DNA of 64,000 bases from assembly GCA_965203905.1 (NCBI GenBank), contig CBDBDQ010000005.1, positions 7,456,001-7,520,000 of the forward strand. Direction: 5' to 3'. The notes beneath the pieces are model-generated. The model saw only the letters and a list, made by a program, of their open reading frames with translations, ran no database searches and was not told the DNA's origin. This document shows, piece after piece, positions 10,200 through 19,300 of this stretch (position 1 is the first letter of the stretch; every line of letters begins with the position of its first letter). A program made the position numbers and the translations under genes. The stretch is from Spirochaetia bacterium (lineage in GTDB: Bacteria; Spirochaetota; Spirochaetia; SZUA-6; Bin103).

Positions 10200-11453
10200 T
10201 TACGGTATGTCGACGCTGCGGCGCCAGCGGCTGAGCGCCTCCGCCAGGCCGGGCTGTCGGCCGTCCGCCGGAGCCCCGGCGGCTACCGCGGCGCGCAGCC
10301 ATGGTCGCACCACCTGCTCCTTCGCCTCACCCCAGTAGACCGGCGCCGGTGGCGGCAGCCGCAGCAGGTCGGCAGCGGGCAGGCGCCCGATCAGGAACCC
10401 GTGGGTGCGCGGCAGAATACGCTCGCTGACCTCGCGCAGCACGGGAAACCCACCGGCCAGACCGAAGCCGCGCAAGCGCTTGAACGCGGCGGTGTCCAGC
10501 AACCGCGCCTGGACCTCCGGCTGGTATATCCAGCTCAGGAACAGGCGCGCTCCGGCGGCGTTGCCACCCGCCACGGGAATGGCGAATGACGAGTAGCCTT
10601 CCAGCACCGGAATGCCGCCCTCCAGCGCCAGCCAGCGAAAGTCGAGCAGCTCCCGCTTCGGCTCCGGGAGCAGGGCGAAGCTGGCGATATCGCTCAGATA
10701 CATGCGCACCCGTCCTTCCAGCACCAGTTGATACAGCGGGCGATGAAAGTAGGTGTCGGTGAACTCCCGGTCGCTGGCGATGCCGCCGTGACTGCTGCGA
10801 ATCCAGTCGCGGGCGGCTGCCGCCGCTTGCGCCACCGCAGCGGCGTCGATGTTCACGTGGCCGTCGGCGGTGGCGGCGAAGCCGGCGCCGAAGGACTGTG
10901 CGAGGTAGTAGACCAGGTCGACGTCCCACAGCGGTGAGAAGCCGACGCGAGTGACGCGCTCCGGCGTACCGGTGACGTACTCCTCACCAAGGCGGCGCAG
11001 TTCCTCCGCGGTCAGCACGAACTGGTCGATCGCGGGCGGTGCCGCCGCACGTGCGAACACGACCACCGGCAGATTGAAGGCAAACGGCAGGGTAACCCGC
11101 CGGGCGTCGGCCTGGTCCGCCGCCTCCAGCCCCGGAAAGAACGAGGCGTCCGCCACCTGGTCCTGCAGACCTCGATCCAGGGGCAGCAGCAGGCGCTGCA
11201 GCTCCGGACTTGCGAGCCAGGACCCGAACACCAGATCGGGAGCCTCGGCGCCGCGCAGCAACGCCTGTGCCGGCTGCGCCACGTAAGTCAACTCCACCTT
11301 CACCGGCCCCGCCGCCGCATTGAAGGTCTCTACGTAGGCGGCCAGCTCCGCGCGGTCGCTCCACAGCTCGACGATGGGCTGCATCCGGTCGCAGGCGCCC
11401 GCCGCCAGCAGCAGCGCCGCCCACAGGGCTCCGTGGAGGCGTAGCGGGCGCAC
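10200..11453 (-). CDS. Extracellular solute-binding lipoprotein (family 1-like)
   Basis: GTG start 11453, leader ALLLAAGAC, YVETFNAA..VKVELTY, APDLVFG, LPFAFNLPVVVF, FLSWIYQPEVQ. Confidence 0.75.
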   Translation of the reverse strand: MRPLRLHGALWAALLLAAGACDRMQPIVELWSDRAELAAYVETFNAAAGPVKVELTYVAQPAQALLRGAEAPDLVFGSWLASPELQRLLLPLDRGLQDQVADASFFPGLEAADQADARRVTLPFAFNLPVVVFARAAAPPAIDQFVLTAEELRRLGEEYVTGTPERVTRVGFSPLWDVDLVYYLAQSFGAGFAATADGHVNIDAAAVAQAAAAARDWIRSSHGGIASDREFTDTYFHRPLYQLVLEGRVRMYLSDIASFALLPEPKRELLDFRWLALEGGIPVLEGYSSFAIPVAGGNAAGARLFLSWIYQPEVQARLLDTAAFKRLRGFGLAGGFPVLREVSERILPRTHGFLIGRLPAADLLRLPPPAPVYWGEAKEQVVRPWLRAAVAAGAPADGRQPGLAEALSRWRRSVDIP

Positions 11454-11460
11454 CCGCCGC

Positions 11461-12759
11461 TCAGCTTCCCGCGAGCCCCTGCGCGGCGGCGTAGATCTCG
11501 GCAAACAGCGCCTCCAGGTCGTCATGCGCCACGGTGGAAAACGCCACCCGCAGGTAGTCGTCGCCCACCGAAATGGTGCCGACGCCACGCTCGCGCAACA
11601 GCTTGCGCCGCAGCGTCTCCGCCTTGCCGTCCGCCACCCGCAGGGTGAGGAAGTACCCGGAGTTGAACGGCAGCGGCTGCAGCGGACCAGCGGCGCCCGA
11701 GCGGGCGGCGAGAATCTCCCGCACGCGCCGGTAGCGCACCGCGATCGCCTCCAGGTTGGCGGCACGGTCGGCATGGTAGGTGCCGGTCTGCATCCCGCGC
11801 AGCAGCAGGCTCTGGGTCAACATGCCGGAGCTGGACACCGACGAGCGCACGGCCCCCATCAGCTTCTGCTCCAGCGCGGTGTAGTGGGAAGCACTCAGAC
11901 CGCGCGCCGCCAGCGTGAGGAACCCGAGGCGAAAGCCCCACACGTAGTTTTCCTTCGTGGCGCCGTCCACCTTGACCGCGAGCAGCCCCTCGTGGGCCTG
12001 GTTGAGACGGGCGAACAGCGACTCGTGGCAGCTCTCGGCTTCGTAGAACAGGCCGAAGTAGGCGTCGTCGCAGATCACCACCAGCAGCACCCCACGCGCG
12101 GCGGTTTCTCGCAACGCGTCCGCCAGGGCCGCCATCTCGGCGTCGTTCGGGGTGTAACCGGTCGGGTTGTTGGGGAAGTTGAGGAGCAGGACCACCTTGT
12201 CTCCGGCGGGTGTCCGCTCCAGCGCCGCGGCCACAGCGGCTACGTTGAAGCCTCCCTCCGGGGTAAAGAAGGGAACCGTCTCGAGCTGCGCCTGACGCCG
12301 TTCCTCCATCACCAGGCGGTAGTTGCCCCAAAACAGATCCGGCACCACGACGCGGTCGCCACGCTCCACCAGCAGGTCGGCGGCTATGGTGATGCCGTGG
12401 GTGAGCCCGGCGGTCACCAGGGGCAGTGAGACCGGCCCCTGCAGGCTCGGGTTCTTCTCCTGCATCTCCCGCAGCCAGGCCCGCCGCAGGTCCGGCAGGC
12501 CCGCGGTCGGGGCATAGGCAAAGATCGCCGCGGGATCGAGCTCCGGTATCAAGGCTCGGATACCGTCGAGATAGAGCGGCGTGGCACCGTCGGTGGCGAT
12601 GCCCACCGTGGCATTGAAGCGATGCGCGTGCTGCGTCGCCTCGGCAGTCTGCGCCACCACTCCGCGCGGGAAGTAGAGACGGCGTCCGAAGTCGGACAGC
12701 AGGCGCGGCACAGCGGTGGCGGCGAGCGTACGGTTGAGATCCTCGGCAATGGGGTTCAT
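11461..12759 (-). CDS. PLP-dependent aminotransferase class I/II
   Basis: FNATVGIA, YAPTAG, FWGNY, NFPNNPTGYTP, CDDAYFGL, KVDGATKE..WGFRLGF. Confidence 0.92.
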   Translation of the reverse strand: MNPIAEDLNRTLAATAVPRLLSDFGRRLYFPRGVVAQTAEATQHAHRFNATVGIATDGATPLYLDGIRALIPELDPAAIFAYAPTAGLPDLRRAWLREMQEKNPSLQGPVSLPLVTAGLTHGITIAADLLVERGDRVVVPDLFWGNYRLVMEERRQAQLETVPFFTPEGGFNVAAVAAALERTPAGDKVVLLLNFPNNPTGYTPNDAEMAALADALRETAARGVLLVVICDDAYFGLFYEAESCHESLFARLNQAHEGLLAVKVDGATKENYVWGFRLGFLTLAARGLSASHYTALEQKLMGAVRSSVSSSGMLTQSLLLRGMQTGTYHADRAANLEAIAVRYRRVREILAARSGAAGPLQPLPFNSGYFLTLRVADGKAETLRRKLLRERGVGTISVGDDYLRVAFSTVAHDDLEALFAEIYAAAQGLAGS

Positions 12760-12790
12760 TACGCTGACTGTTGGCGGAATGGCGGGACGT

Positions 12791-12828
12791 TTGTCAACGC
12801 CATCCAATCCAAGCTACATTTCGGTATT
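12791..12828 (+). promoter_or_regulatory. Putative sigma70 promoter of the NifA-like gene with an overlapping degenerate operator
   Basis: TTGTCA (12791-12796)-N18-TACATT (12815-12820); GCTAC-N6-GTATT (12813-12828) resembles the enhancer palindrome. Confidence 0.4.
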
Positions 12829-12830
12829 GA

Positions 12831-14387
12831 ATGTCCTCTGCCGTCTCTCCCGCCGAGGTCCGTAGCGAGGTAAGCGAGCTCAGCCTGCTGTTCGAGATCA
12901 GCCGCATCCTCGACTCCAGCCTCAACCTGCGCGACGTGGTGCACCCGGTGCTGGAGGCTCTGGGGCGACACATGGGGATCCGTCTGGGAGTGCTGACCCT
13001 GCTGAACCGGGCCACCGAGCGCATCTCCATCGAAGCCGCGTTCGGACTGTCGGAGAGCCAGCAGCGGCGCGGCCGGTACAAGATCGGCGAAGGGATTACC
13101 GGCGGCGTGGTGCAGTCCGGCGCCCCCGCCATCGTGCCCAAGATCGCGGACGAGCCGGCCATGGTGCATCGTACCGGTGCCGCCAGCAATCCGGATCTTG
13201 CCGAGCTCTCCTTCATCTGCGTGCCAATCAAGTCGGGCAATTCAGTAATCGGCTCGCTCGGCACCGACAAGCTGTTCCCGCCGGAGGCGCAGTTCGACGA
13301 GGACGTGCGCCTGCTCTCGATCATCGCCTCCATGATCTCGCAGGCGGTCAAGCTGCGGCAGGCTGCGCAGGAGGAACGGCGCCGTCTGTTGGAGGAGAAC
13401 GACCGCCTGCAGGAGGAACTGAAGGATCGGTTCCGGCCCCAGAACCTGGTCGGTAACTCGGAAGGCATGAACAGCGTGTTCCGCCTGGTGGCGCAGGTGT
13501 CCCGCAGCGACGCCACGGTGCTGGTGCGCGGCGAGACCGGCACGGGCAAGGACCTGGTGGCCCACGCGATCCACTACAACAGCGCCCGCGCCACCAAGCC
13601 GTTCATCAAGGTGAACTGCGCCGCGTTGCCGGAATCGGTGATCGAGAGCGAGCTGTTCGGGCATGAGCGCGGCGCGTTCACCGGCGCCGTGGCGACGCGC
13701 AAGGGACGTTTCGAGCTGGCCCACGGCGGGACCCTGTTTCTGGACGAGATCGGCGACCTGTCCTCGGCCACCCAGGTAAAACTGCTGCGGGTGCTCCAGG
13801 AAGGTGAGTTCGAGCGCGTCGGCGGCAACACCACCCAGCGCAGCGACGTCCGCGTCATCGCCGCCACCAACCGCAACCTCGAGGAACTGATCGAGCGGGA
13901 GGAGTTCCGGGCCGACCTCTACTACCGGCTCAACGTATTCCCGATCCACATCCCGCCGCTGCGCGAACGCAAGACCGACCTGCTGCTGCTGGCGGACCAC
14001 TTCGTCGCCAGGTACGGCCGCGAAAACCACAAGGACATCAAGCGCATCACGACCCCCGCGATCGACATGCTGATGAGCTACCACTGGCCCGGTAACGTGC
14101 GCGAACTGGAAAACTGCATCGAGCGGGCAGTGCTGCTGAGCAACGACGAGGTGATTCACGGCCACCACCTGCCGCCGACCCTGCAGACCGCGGACGCGAG
14201 CGGCACCACGCCCAGCGGCAGCCTGCAGGGCACCATCAACGCGATCGAGCGCGAGTTGATCCAGGACGCCCTCAAGTGGGCCAAGGGGAACATGGCGCGC
14301 GCCGCACGGTCGCTGCAGATCAGCGAGCGCATCATGGGCCTGCGGGTGCGCAAGTTCCGAATCGATCCCACCACCTACAAGAGCTGA
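12831..14387 (+). CDS. NifA-like sigma54-dependent transcriptional activator (GAF-AAA+-HTH)
   Basis: N-terminal GAF (GEGITG.V, SFICVPI), Q-linker, GETGTGK, ESELFGHERGAFTGA, FRADLYYRLNV, WPGNVRELEN, Fis-type HTH. No receiver domain. Confidence 0.93.
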   Translation: MSSAVSPAEVRSEVSELSLLFEISRILDSSLNLRDVVHPVLEALGRHMGIRLGVLTLLNRATERISIEAAFGLSESQQRRGRYKIGEGITGGVVQSGAPAIVPKIADEPAMVHRTGAASNPDLAELSFICVPIKSGNSVIGSLGTDKLFPPEAQFDEDVRLLSIIASMISQAVKLRQAAQEERRRLLEENDRLQEELKDRFRPQNLVGNSEGMNSVFRLVAQVSRSDATVLVRGETGTGKDLVAHAIHYNSARATKPFIKVNCAALPESVIESELFGHERGAFTGAVATRKGRFELAHGGTLFLDEIGDLSSATQVKLLRVLQEGEFERVGGNTTQRSDVRVIAATNRNLEELIEREEFRADLYYRLNVFPIHIPPLRERKTDLLLLADHFVARYGRENHKDIKRITTPAIDMLMSYHWPGNVRELENCIERAVLLSNDEVIHGHHLPPTLQTADASGTTPSGSLQGTINAIERELIQDALKWAKGNMARAARSLQISERIMGLRVRKFRIDPTTYKS

Positions 14388-14414
14388 CTCAGCGCGATCA
14401 CTCCGAGAGAGATC

Positions 14415-14461
14415 CCGACATGCCCGTAGGTGCTGACCCTGCCTTCCTACGCCCACGTAGG
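14415..14461. promoter_or_regulatory. Paired upstream activator sites CC(G/T)AC-N6-GTAGG for amtB-PII
   Basis: CCGAC-ATGCCC-GTAGG (14415-14430) and CCTAC-GCCCAC-GTAGG (14446-14461), 31 bp apart. Confidence 0.7.
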
Positions 14462-14515
14462 CTCTTCGAAGCCATCCCAGAGAGTTACTGAGGAGTCCTC
14501 GTACCTGGTTGTCCT

Positions 14516-14531
14516 TGGCACGGAACTTGCT
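14516..14531 (+). promoter_or_regulatory. Sigma54 (-24/-12) promoter of amtB-PII
   Basis: TGGCAC-GGAAC-TTGCT matches the TGGCAC-N5-TTGCW consensus. Confidence 0.88.
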
Positions 14532-14576
14532 TAAGGATTGACATCACACAAATCCGTGTCAAGGAGGACTTGGAGA

Positions 14577-15923
14577 GTGCGACGTTTCCTGATAACAGCC
14601 GGAGCGCTGTTGGTGTTCGGCGCCGTCTACGGCTTCGCCGACTCGAATTCGAACGCTGTGGCAATCGACACCGTGTGGACCTTGATGGCCGCGGTGCTGG
14701 TGTTCCTGATGCAGGCGGGCTTCGCCATGCTGGAGACCGGATTCACCCGTGCCAAGAATGCCGCCAACATCATGATGAAGAACCTGATGGACTTCTCCAT
14801 CGGCACGCTGGCGTTCTGGGCGATCGGCTTCGGAATCATGTTCGGGGCGGACGCCGCGGGGCTGTTCGGCTCCAGCAAGTTCTTCCTGGCCGGGGCCGTG
14901 GTGGACGATGCGTTCTCCGACTTCACCTTCTGGGTATTCCAGGTGATGTTCGCCGCCACTGCCGCAACCATCGTCTCCGGTGCGGTGGCGGAACGCACCC
15001 AGTTCAAGGCCTACCTGGTCTACTCGGTGTTCATCAGCGGGCTGATCTATCCGGTGGTGGGGCATTGGATCTGGGGCGGCGGCTGGCTCAGCAACCTGGG
15101 GCCCAACGGCGTCATGGACTTCGCCGGCTCCACCGTGGTGCACTCGGTCGGCGGCTGGGCCGGTCTCGCTGGAGCCATGGTGCTGGGAGCCCGCGAGGGC
15201 AAGTACGTCAAGAACGGTGCCAACGGCCGGAGCGGCAAGGTCTTGGTCAACGCCATTCAGGGGCATAACATGCCGTTGGCCGCGCTCGGCGTGTTCCTGC
15301 TCTGGTTCGGATGGTTCGGCTTCAACGCCGGCAGCACCGTGGCCGGTACCGATCTGTCCATTGCGGCCATCGCCGTCACCACCAACCTGGCGGCCGCGTC
15401 GGGAGTGGTCGGCGCGCTGATCGTGGCCTGGATCATCTCCGGCAAGCCCGACCCCACCTTTGCCCTGAACGGCGCCATCGCCGGGCTGGTAGCCATCACC
15501 GCCGGCTGCGCCAACCTGTCGCCGGGCAGCGCCGTCATCGTCGGCTTCCTGGGCGGTGTGCTGGTGGTGTTGTCGGTGCAGTTCATAGACCGGGTGCTGC
15601 ACGTGGACGATCCGGTGGGCGCCATCTCCGCCCACGGCGTGGTCGGTGCCTGGGGCACCATCGCCGTCGGCCTGTTCGCGCAGGAAAAGTTCGGCGGCGT
15701 CAACGGCCTGTTCTTCGGCGGCGGTTTCGGCCAGTTGGGCGTGCAGATCGTCGGCGTGCTGGCGGTGTTCGCGTGGACCTTCGTCACTTCTCTGGTATTG
15801 TTCAAGCTGATCAAGGCCACCGTCGGCCTGCGGGTCAGCCGCAACGAGGAGCTGCGCGGGCTTGACATCGAGGAGCACGGCACCGAGGCGTACACCGATT
15901 TCGAGGTGTACACGACCCGCTAG
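14577..15923 (+). CDS. amtB: Ammonium transporter
   Basis: [71 protein letters not shown] precedes GTG 14577. Confidence 0.96.
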   Translation: MRRFLITAGALLVFGAVYGFADSNSNAVAIDTVWTLMAAVLVFLMQAGFAMLETGFTRAKNAANIMMKNLMDFSIGTLAFWAIGFGIMFGADAAGLFGSSKFFLAGAVVDDAFSDFTFWVFQVMFAATAATIVSGAVAERTQFKAYLVYSVFISGLIYPVVGHWIWGGGWLSNLGPNGVMDFAGSTVVHSVGGWAGLAGAMVLGAREGKYVKNGANGRSGKVLVNAIQGHNMPLAALGVFLLWFGWFGFNAGSTVAGTDLSIAAIAVTTNLAAASGVVGALIVAWIISGKPDPTFALNGAIAGLVAITAGCANLSPGSAVIVGFLGGVLVVLSVQFIDRVLHVDDPVGAISAHGVVGAWGTIAVGLFAQEKFGGVNGLFFGGGFGQLGVQIVGVLAVFAWTFVTSLVLFKLIKATVGLRVSRNEELRGLDIEEHGTEAYTDFEVYTTR

Positions 15924-15936
15924 AGGAGAGGACTCA

Positions 15937-16278
15937 ATGAAGCTCATTATCGCCTACGTTCAGCCGCACAAGCTGAACGACGTAAAGCAGGAGTTGTTCA
16001 AGGAGGAGGTCGGCAAGATGTCGGTAACCAACGCCTTGGGCTGCGGCCAACAGATGGGTTACACCGAGACCTATCGCGGTGTCCAGATCGAGGTAAACCT
16101 GCTCAAGAAGGTGCGTATGGAGATCGCCGTCAACGACGAATTCCTGGAACGTACCATCGACGCCATCGTGCGCGGTGCCCGCACCGGTGAGATCGGCGAC
16201 GGCAAGATCTTCGTGGTCGAGCTCAATCAGTGTATCCGCATCCGCTCCGGTGAAGTGGGCAAGGTGGCTATCGGCTGA
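15937..16278 (+). CDS. glnK: PII nitrogen regulatory protein (GlnK-like), Ile at position 51
   Basis: [21 protein letters not shown]58, [20 protein letters not shown]; adjacent to amtB. Confidence 0.92.
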   Translation: MKLIIAYVQPHKLNDVKQELFKEEVGKMSVTNALGCGQQMGYTETYRGVQIEVNLLKKVRMEIAVNDEFLERTIDAIVRGARTGEIGDGKIFVVELNQCIRIRSGEVGKVAIG

Positions 16279-16313
16279 TCCCCGCGCGGCAGGAGCCGAC
16301 TCCGTTTTTCTCG

Positions 16314-16356
16314 ACCCCGACTCGGTGGCGCCGGAGCCATCGGGTCGGGGTTTCTT
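16314..16356 (+). terminator. Intrinsic terminator after glnK
   Basis: CCCCGACTCGGTGGC / GCCATCGGGTCGGGG stem followed by TTTCTT. Confidence 0.7.
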
Positions 16357-16366
16357 GCGCCCGTCG

Positions 16367-19300
16367 TCAGCGGCCGGCCTCGGTCACGTAGCGCAGATAG
16401 GTGGCACGTACCCGCGCGGTTACGGTCGCCAGCAGGTCATTGAACGCCGACACCGAGGCGCCGGCGCCCATCATGCGCCGCGCCAGCGCCGCCAGGGCGG
16501 CGTCGGAGCTGGGCAGTACGTGCACCTGACGGTCCTCGAACACCTGCAGAGAGTGCTCCAGGCGACGCAGAAACAGGTAGTCCTCCCGCAACTGCGCGGC
16601 GCTGCCGGCGCCGAGCACACCCGCCCGCTGCAGGCCCTCGAGCGCCGCGACGGTGCTGCCGCACACCAACTCCGGATGCTGCACCAGGTGCTGCAGTTGC
16701 AACCCCTGAACCAGGAACTCGAGGTCGCGTATGCCGCCGGCACCCGACTTGATGTCGCGGCCCTGGTTGAGTCGGCGCTGAGCCTGACCGGCAACGGCCA
16801 GATTGCGCAGGCGCTCGATGGTGGCGAAGGCGCGCGCGCCGCGCCCGTCCGGATCGCTCCCGAGCCGGGCGAACGCGGCACGCGCGCGCTGCAACAGGGC
16901 CTGACCGACCGCCCGATTGCCCGCGACCGGGCGCATGCGCAACAGCGCCTGCACCTCCCAGTCGTTGGCCGGCCCCGCGTAGTAGGCGGCCAGAGAGCTG
17001 AGTGACTGTGCCAGCTCCCCGGAGCTGCCGTAGGGACGCAGACGCCAATCGACCCGGTACGCGGCCATCTCGCCACGGTGCGCCGCCAGCGTCGTCCCCA
17101 GGGTGCGGGCCAGCTCCGTGACGCCGTGCGCCAGCTCCGTGCTCCTCGCGGGCGCGAGGCCGCGATCGTCGTACAGGGCCACCAGGTCGATGTCGGAGCT
17201 GTAGTTCAGCTCCTCCGCTCCCAGCTTGCCGTAGGCCAGAATGCACACCCGCTCGCGCAGCTCGGGCCGCTCCGCGGCCAGATCGCGTACCGCCACGTGT
17301 ATGAACGCCTCGGCGACCACGGACAGCTCCCGCATCACGTCGGTGACGGGGGCCTGCAGGCAGTAGTCCCGAATCGCGATCCGCAGGATCTCGCGCCGCC
17401 GCAGGATGCGTAGCCGCGGCCGCCAGAATCGGCGCCCGCCCAACTCCTTCACCACGTCCTGCAGCCGGCGCCGCCGGCGCAGTCGCTCCGGTTCGGTAAC
17501 CCAGTCGAACAGCTCCGGACTGCGCACCAGGGCATCCGCCAGGAATTGACTGGTGGCGAAGATCCGAATCAACAGCTCCAGACGCGTCGGCTGCCGCATC
17601 AGGGTACGGAAGTGGTGGCCCGGCTCGTCCAGTGCGGCGACGTAGCGTTCCCAGTTGTTGAGAGCGCGGTCGGGATCGGACTGGTGCGCCAGTTCGTCAC
17701 CGGCGAGCACGGCCAGACGGGCGAACTCCATGCGGTCGGGCGCGCGGGAGGCCAGGCGCACCACATTGGCCGCCGCCCGTTGCGGATGGGCGAAGCCCAG
17801 CCGGCTCAGGACGCGGGCCGCGCCGCCGGCGTCGGCACCGTCATCGGTCGGGCTCAAAACCAGGTCGGCGACGCCGGTAATGCTGCCGGAGCCCAGGGAG
17901 CCGTGGCCGAGGTGGGTGTCGATGAAGCCGCGCACGGCAGCGCGGCGGGTCTCCAACTCCAGGTGCAGCCGCTGCGCCGGAGTCAGCCCCGACGCTCCCC
18001 GGTACGCCATGCGCCGCGCCAGGTGGCCGTACTCTACCGCGCCCGGTTCCGGCAGGTAGAGGTCGAGGGCGGACCCGCGCAGGATACGCAACGCGTTGAT
18101 CAGGCGGCGGTAGAAGTCGTATGCGGCGCCCACCTGCTCCGCCTCCAGCTGCGCCAGAATCCCGGCCTGCGCCAACTCCTCGAGGGCCCGGTGTACGCTG
18201 GGAGTGCGCAACGCCGCCCGGTCCGTACCGTAGCGAACCTGCAGCATCTGCACCGCGTACTCCACGTCCACCAGGGCACCGGGACTGAACTTGGCGTTCA
18301 GGCGGCTCTCGGCGTCGTATTCTTCTACCTGGCGGCGGCGCATCCGGTGCACCTCGTCCAGCGGTATGGCACCGGTGCGGTAGACGAACTCGTCGCGCAG
18401 CCGTTCCAGGCGCGCGCCGAGCTCCCGGTCGCCCGCCACGGCGCGCAGCCGGATCAGCGCCAGCCGTTCGTAGGCCAGCGCTTCGCCGCCGGGGCCGTAG
18501 TAGCGGGCGAAACTCTCCAGGCTCACGGCACGCGGGCCGGCCGCCCCGTACGGCCGCAGGCGCAGGTCGACCTCGAAGATCCCGGCCCGCTTGGCACTGA
18601 TGCGGTTGACCGTTTCCTGCACCAGGCGCCCGTAGTACTCGCCGTTGCCGATCTGCTGCGGGCCGGTGGTGGTCCCGTGGTCGCCGTACACGAACATCAA
18701 CTCGATGTCGGAGGCGTAGCCCAGGGCGCTGCCGCCCATCTTGCCGAGTCCCACCACCGCCAGCCGGGTATCGATGCCGCCCAGGGTCCGCGGTATTCCG
18801 AACTGCGGGCGCAGCGCGTCCGCGGCCAACCCCAGCGCGGCGGCAACCACACACTCGGCCAGCCGGGTCAGGCGCGCGGCGAGCTGCGGCACACCCCCCT
18901 CGCGACTGAGCACGTGCTCCAGGTCGATCAGGAACGCCTCCCGATCCTTGAACGCGTTGAGCGCGGCCACCCGGTCGGCCGCGGTGGGCGCCGCCGCCAC
19001 CGCCTCCCGCAGCCGTTGCCCCACGGTGGCGTCGTCACTGAAGCGGTGCCGTTGCTCCGGTTCCAACATCGGCAACAGGGTTTCGAACTGCTGGCGAATG
19101 AAGTCCTCCCACAGGTAGTCGCTGGTGCCGAGGAGCAGTGCCAGCTCACCCATGATGCGGGGGTCGGCCAGCAGATCGAGGAGACGTCCCTCCTCCGGCA
19201 GCCCGAGGATCTGCTCCGTAAGCTGTTCGAAGCGCAGCAACGCCGCGGAGGGGTCGGGCGCCAGGCCCACGAAGTAGGCGAACTGCTTGGTGAGCAGCAC

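Noticed and set aside
12831-14387. Calling the activator nifA and inferring nitrogen fixation
   Set aside because: No nif structural genes in the window and no TGT-N10-ACA sites noticed at the two sigma54 promoters; only the domain architecture is NifA-like.
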